Assembly: GCA_036172245.1 (NCBI GenBank) | Contig: JAYWIR010000003.1 | Location: forward strand, 1,364,001-1,428,000 | Length of the DNA: 64,000 nucleotides | DNA from: Raillietiella orientalis | Taxonomy: Eukaryota | Reading direction: 5' to 3' | Part shown: in pieces, positions 59,801 to 64,000 of the stretch | Layout of the letters: each line of letters opens with the position of its first letter | How positions within the stretch are numbered: position 1 is the first letter of the stretch | Translations under genes and position numbers: made by a program | Notes under the pieces: generated by a model | The model's database searches: none | Told to the model about the DNA's origin: nothing | The model's input: only the letters and a program-made list of their open reading frames with translations

Positions 59801-60906
59801 TGATTACTCGGGCACAGATGTCTTCGTCGGAAGTGCACCACGTAATGCCTCTGGAAGGCGTCCGCGATGTCGTCCGACGTGTGCCGACTGTGGCCATCAT
59901 ACTGGATGCAGATGTCTGTTGCTAGATTCTTCTCCAGCACGACGACTTCCCCTTTCACATTTTGGAAGATGTACCGACTCTCGTATTGTTCCCAGTACTT
60001 CGAGAGGGAGCGATCTTGGATGTGCAGCTCCCGGTACGCTTCCTGCCTCAGTCGCTTGTCACTGAACTGCATGTTGCAGAACAGGTGGACTCGATGTTTC
60101 AAGCTATCCCGGTCGGCGACTGCGGATACTGGTCGTCTGCAGAATCGTCTCTATAACTTCTTGATGGCAGGGTAGCGTTTCGAACCAGGCGGGCATGCTG
60201 ATGAGCGCCGCCCTCGTGGCCTTCTTTCGCCGAGGGTTTTCAGTCCGCAGGGAAAACCTCACCAGCGGGTGATCGGACAGCAATGCGGGCGAGTCACGAA
60301 ACCCGTGGATACGGTTCCCTATATCGGAGCTGTAGAGGACGTGGTCGATCGGCTTGTAGCTGGCTGTTAGCCACAGCAGCCCGAACACGTCGAACAGCCG
60401 CCGATACGCCGTCCTGCATCTGGAGTCTTGGGAATGGATGATTTCGTACAGGATGTTGAAATCCCTCACGATGATCACGATGTCCTTTGATGCAACCTTT
60501 TGTCGGAGTGTTCCGTGGATCACTTCCGCACACTGATGTTTTTGGTGGTGTGGTCCGTATACGTTCATCAAGAACAGGTGAACATTTGCGGGCCAGGACA
60601 TTCGTATGCCGACGATTCTTCCCGGCATGGGACAGAAGACTTCCAGGATTGCGGGGGCCAGCTCGTGCTTCACCAGTACTGCCACTCCTTCTGTTTCCTC
60701 TGTCCCTCACTGGCGGACAGTTTTGTGTTCAATCGCCGTTCCATGTCGAGGCTGATTTGTTGCCTCATCACATGGGTTTCTTGAAGGCACTATATCTTGA
60801 TTTGCGATGGTTCGCACAATCCTTTTTCGCTTTGCCTGGTCGGTAAGTCTATTAACATTCCAGGAGCGATGTTGATCCTCCTGACGGTGGACAAGGACGA
60901 GGCCAT
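56890..60906 (-). pseudogene. LINE ORF2: APE endonuclease, reverse transcriptase, zf-RVT; frameshifted and interrupted
   Basis: APE: INIA.WNVN, VAVLVK, NVYGP, RDFN, IDHVLY, SDH. RT: LLPKGGDL..WRPISILD, DMEKAFD, GVRQGDALSPMLF, LAYADD, KYLGV. zf-RVT: CSACGDKNTRLHVFTAPLC. Confidence 0.93.
58918..59434 (-). mobile_element. Family-A 3' fragment inserted in the family-B RT, 12-bp TSD
   Basis: AVLCCIRGILDKWN..NAIHWAVISMEKASRWRRL. Terminus AATAAA-aac-CCCGG-cttac-CCGGG-TGAAAG. TSD ACCTTGCCTAAT at 58906-58917 and 59435-59446; removing the insert restores ..ANLLGKV-MPQLISP. Confidence 0.92.
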
Positions 60907-60915
60907 AAAGGGAAT

Positions 60916-62518
60916 TTATTTTTTAGCCTTTCGGAGTTTCTTCTGCCGAGGAGACCGCTGCTGCCTCTGCGCAGAAGGTTTCTCGTTACCAGCATCGCTT
61001 TTCGTTTCGGTGAAGTCAATGAGTTCTTCCTCCTCCGTCGGGTTTCCTGCTTCCACGATCACTTTGCGTGGGAGCCTCTCCAGGCCCACTGTCTCACAGA
61101 AGTTCGACTTGATGTTGAGAAGCTTGTCTTGCAGCTTGTTCCATCCACCACATTATTTATGTCCTCCTGAACCTTGGAGATGCGTTGCAGGAGTTTCCCA
61201 TGCTCCTCTCCTCTGGTTCCCGGTTGGACCTCTCCATTCAGCTTCGCCACTTTCGCGTTGATTTGCAGGGTTTCCTGAGTTTCCGGGACAGGCTCGACTG
61301 TTTCCATTTTCTCTTCTGCTTTTTCCTCGGGCTTGTCGAAGACCTGCTATTCCCCAGCGAGCATCCTCCTCTTCCCCTTTTTCCTCACTTCCATGAAGCC
61401 GTCCTCCGATATTGGGACGACCTCCCTTACCCTTTCCACCTTCACGGTGATTTTTTGCGGCTGTTCCGCCTCCCTCTGGGGTTTCTCGTACGAGTGAGAG
61501 CCCGCGCATGGTACGCCAGTTGGCGTATTCCGGGCAGCTCCACCTCGCGTGGCCCGTTGCCTTACAGAAGGCACACACTTCAGGTTGGTTGCAAGACCGG
61601 ATCTGGTGTTCCTGCTTGCCACAGCGGAAGCACCGAGATCCTGGACAAGCACTGACCCTGTGGCCAAAGTGCTTGCAACCCGTGCGAAATGTAGGCTGCT
61701 GCCTATATCGTATGGAGACTTCCTGGGAATCCCCATCGATATGGGCTAGTCCTGGAATCTTTGCATCTTCAAATAACCTGATCTTGGCGATGGCATTGCC
61801 GGAGAACACCTTTCCGGAGTAGTTCCGGAATTCCACATCTATAACTTTCCCGCACTTGGTGAGGAAACTCCACACCGCTTGTTTATTTGTTGTCACGCTG
61901 ACTCCTCCAAGAAACACCGTCGTATACGGCATTTCGCCAATTCCGCGGACCATCCTCCCTTGTATATTCATGCCCCTTTCGATCAGGACCTCGATGAGGG
62001 GTTCACTGTCCGTGTAGACTGTGAACCCCGTCGTGCTCGGTATGATCGCTTGTACGTGGTCAAAGTCTACATTCTCTTTATAGAGGGCCAAATACACATC
62101 TTTGATATTGTTTATCCTGATGAGTCCTGTTTTGAATGTGATCGGCTTCACATTTGGACCGATCCTCACGATCGGCTCATCCACATTCTCGATTTTGCCG
62201 ACTTTCGGCTTTCCAAATGTTCGTGGTGGAGCGTTGGAATTTCCGGTTGCCACCGCCGCGTAAGAAAATGGCCGCGCCGTTGCAGCCGAACAACATGGCG
62301 TCGCGGCCTTCGAGCTCCCCGCTACTTGGAAGGTCGTAGGCTGCGATGCCAGCGCCGTCGCGTAGGCGACACGTGGCGACGCTGCACATTCTCCGGACGC
62401 TACCTCCATCGGCTGGGGTGACGTCGGCGTGTCCTCCAACTCCCCTTGCATCCTTGCGGAGGACTGTCGCCGTGGCGGAATGCAAGTCCTCCACTGTGGT
62501 GTCGCTGCTGCTGGTCAT
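60916..62518 (-). pseudogene. LINE ORF1, Gag-like nucleic-acid-binding protein (RRM-like region, CCHC knuckles), frameshifted
   Basis: CKHFGHRVSAC, CFRCGKQEHQIRSC and CAFCKATGHARWSC in ORF 61153-62451. Continues via frameshifts to ...KKLRKAKK* at ~60916. Confidence 0.88.
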
Positions 62519-63453
62519 TGTCCTCAGCTGTACTGCACTCTCACTTCCCAGTGGGTAGGATTTATTAAAGAAATAAATGGATTATAAAATACAAATAGGC
62601 ACAAAGCACGCGAGCGCCGTGTCTAGTATGCACTGTTTGCGCTCGCCAAGCCGCTGCAGGGGAGTGCAGCTTCCGCCAGCATTGGAGCAGATGTCGGCAC
62701 TCCTTCCTGCAGCACCTCCCACCCCACCCCCTTTATTCCTAGTTCTCCCGGAATACGCAGGAACCGCTGCTTCGCCTCACCGGGGGGCATCAGAGTAGCT
62801 CGACAACGACAAAGCTCACAAACGAGATTTCCCACCTCAAGGCACCAGCAGTCCAGCTGAAGCGGGGAAGGGAAGCGAACGTCTCGAATCTCCGGCCGCC
62901 GACGCGAGCGCCTCCTAACAATGCGCACTCGAAGCCTCGGCCACCCCAGCGTCATCTCGCAGATGGACTCGAAACCCCACGACGCGTCCAACTCGTCGGC
63001 GCCGATGCTCACGGGATCGCCGGCAACCCCACACCTTTGAGACCTGGACTCGCGGTCTCCTTTCTCCTCCCCCGCCTCTGCGCCCCTGGAATCCGCCCCT
63101 GATCTCCTGTAGGAACAGCAAACATTCAGGGTGACGACCCTGAAACTCTTCCGAAGTGCCGGATCCGGTCCCCAAGCTTCGAGTAAGCTCCCGGGCAACG
63201 CCCGTCACGAAACGAGAACGTAGCCTGCCGGCCCGATTGCGGGAGGATCCAACCCCTTTTTCGTCGGGTCCGTCCTCCTCTAAGGCTGACGCCCCCCACA
63301 CCATCCTGGATGCCCTCGCGAAAAGGAGAGTCGTCACTGCCGGTTCTGAGACTCCCCGATGGGCTCCCACAGACATCTCCAGGACCCGACGGACTTGAGG
63401 GTCTCTGGAGGAAGGAAGGGAAGGGAGAGGATCCTTCGAATTATTCCCCCCTT

Positions 63454-63583
63454 CCCCGCGGCTGCTCTTCAGGCAGGTCCGGTGTTGTGCGGCCGTTAGT
63501 GGGGCCTCGTACCACGTATTTGTAGAATTTATCAATAAACGCCCCGGGCGTACTCGGGTGGCAACCCCGCGGCTGCTCTTCAG
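63454..63583 (+). mobile_element. 92-bp LINE 3'-terminus insertion with 19-bp TSD
   Basis: Perfect repeat CCCCGCGGCTGCTCTTCAG (63454-63472 and 63565-63583) flanks a 92-bp insert ending AATAAA-cgc-CCCGGG-cgta-CTCGGG-TGGCAA. Confidence 0.85.
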
Positions 63584-64000
63584 AGACCGAGTCACGGAAA
63601 TGTGCGCGGGATCCCCGTCTTCCGATCACTGTGGACCCTGAAGCCATTCTGCTTTCCCAGCGCCTCTGTGAAGTGCTCCTCGCCCTCCGGGTGATGTCAT
63701 GACCCCTGGAAAGTCCCCTCCCTTCCCCCGGGGAGCAGACATGGGGAAGCAAGGTGGAAGCCTCTCGCTCGCTTCCGATTTCTGGGAGTCCCTGCTCTTC
63801 GTGCGGCGAGGAAGGGGGCGACTGGAGCAGGAGCGGAGCTCCCCATCTACTATCCGCTTCCTCCTTTCCCCCCTTCCCCCTCCCCTCCTTCCCCGAACTA
63901 CGCTCTCAACCTAAAAGGTAGAGCTCGGGGGATGCTTCCGGTCTGAGACGCTCCCCACTGGATCCGGGGCAGAGAAGGGACCGCTCACCCTCCCCCCTTT

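Larger units (their letters stand above)
56838..62545 (-). mobile_element. Near full-length L1/Tx1-clade non-LTR retrotransposon ('family B'), inactivated
   Basis: ORF1 plus ORF2 in canonical order, with a short 3'UTR ending AATAAA-ttcac-CCCAC-ccctt-GTGGG. Multiple frameshifts and one nested insertion. No clear TSD. Confidence 0.93.

Overview
Eukaryotic, GC-rich DNA made almost entirely of decayed and nested transposable elements; no intact host gene could be identified. Contents: (i) about 20 relics of L1/Tx1-type non-LTR retrotransposons. These include a near full-length but frameshifted element (56.8-62.5 kb, minus: Gag-like ORF1 with CCHC knuckles; ORF2 with APE, RT and zf-RVT), a TSD-bounded ORF2-only copy (30244-34444) and many 0.5-1.6 kb 3' fragments of one family ('family A'). 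(ii) Seven copies of a ~650-800 bp tRNA-headed SINE with a duplicated box B, a conserved core and a 3' stem-loop. (iii) A fold-back mariner derivative and a pogo/Tigger-like MITE. Main signal: family-A LINEs lack a long poly(A) tail and end in a conserved AATAAA + CCCGG-N5-CCGGG-TG(R/A) hairpin. TSD-flanked micro-insertions of only 13 bp (13435-13447) and 92 bp (63473-63564) consist of just this terminus, suggesting a structure-recognising TPRT system that leaves tiny footprints. Also seen: a conserved 3'UTR hairpin, templated duplications at 5' junctions, a probable 560-bp ectopic gene-conversion tract, multi-layer nests and a promoter-like motif cluster near 42 kb. All alignments and folds were done by eye; boundaries without a TSD are approximate.
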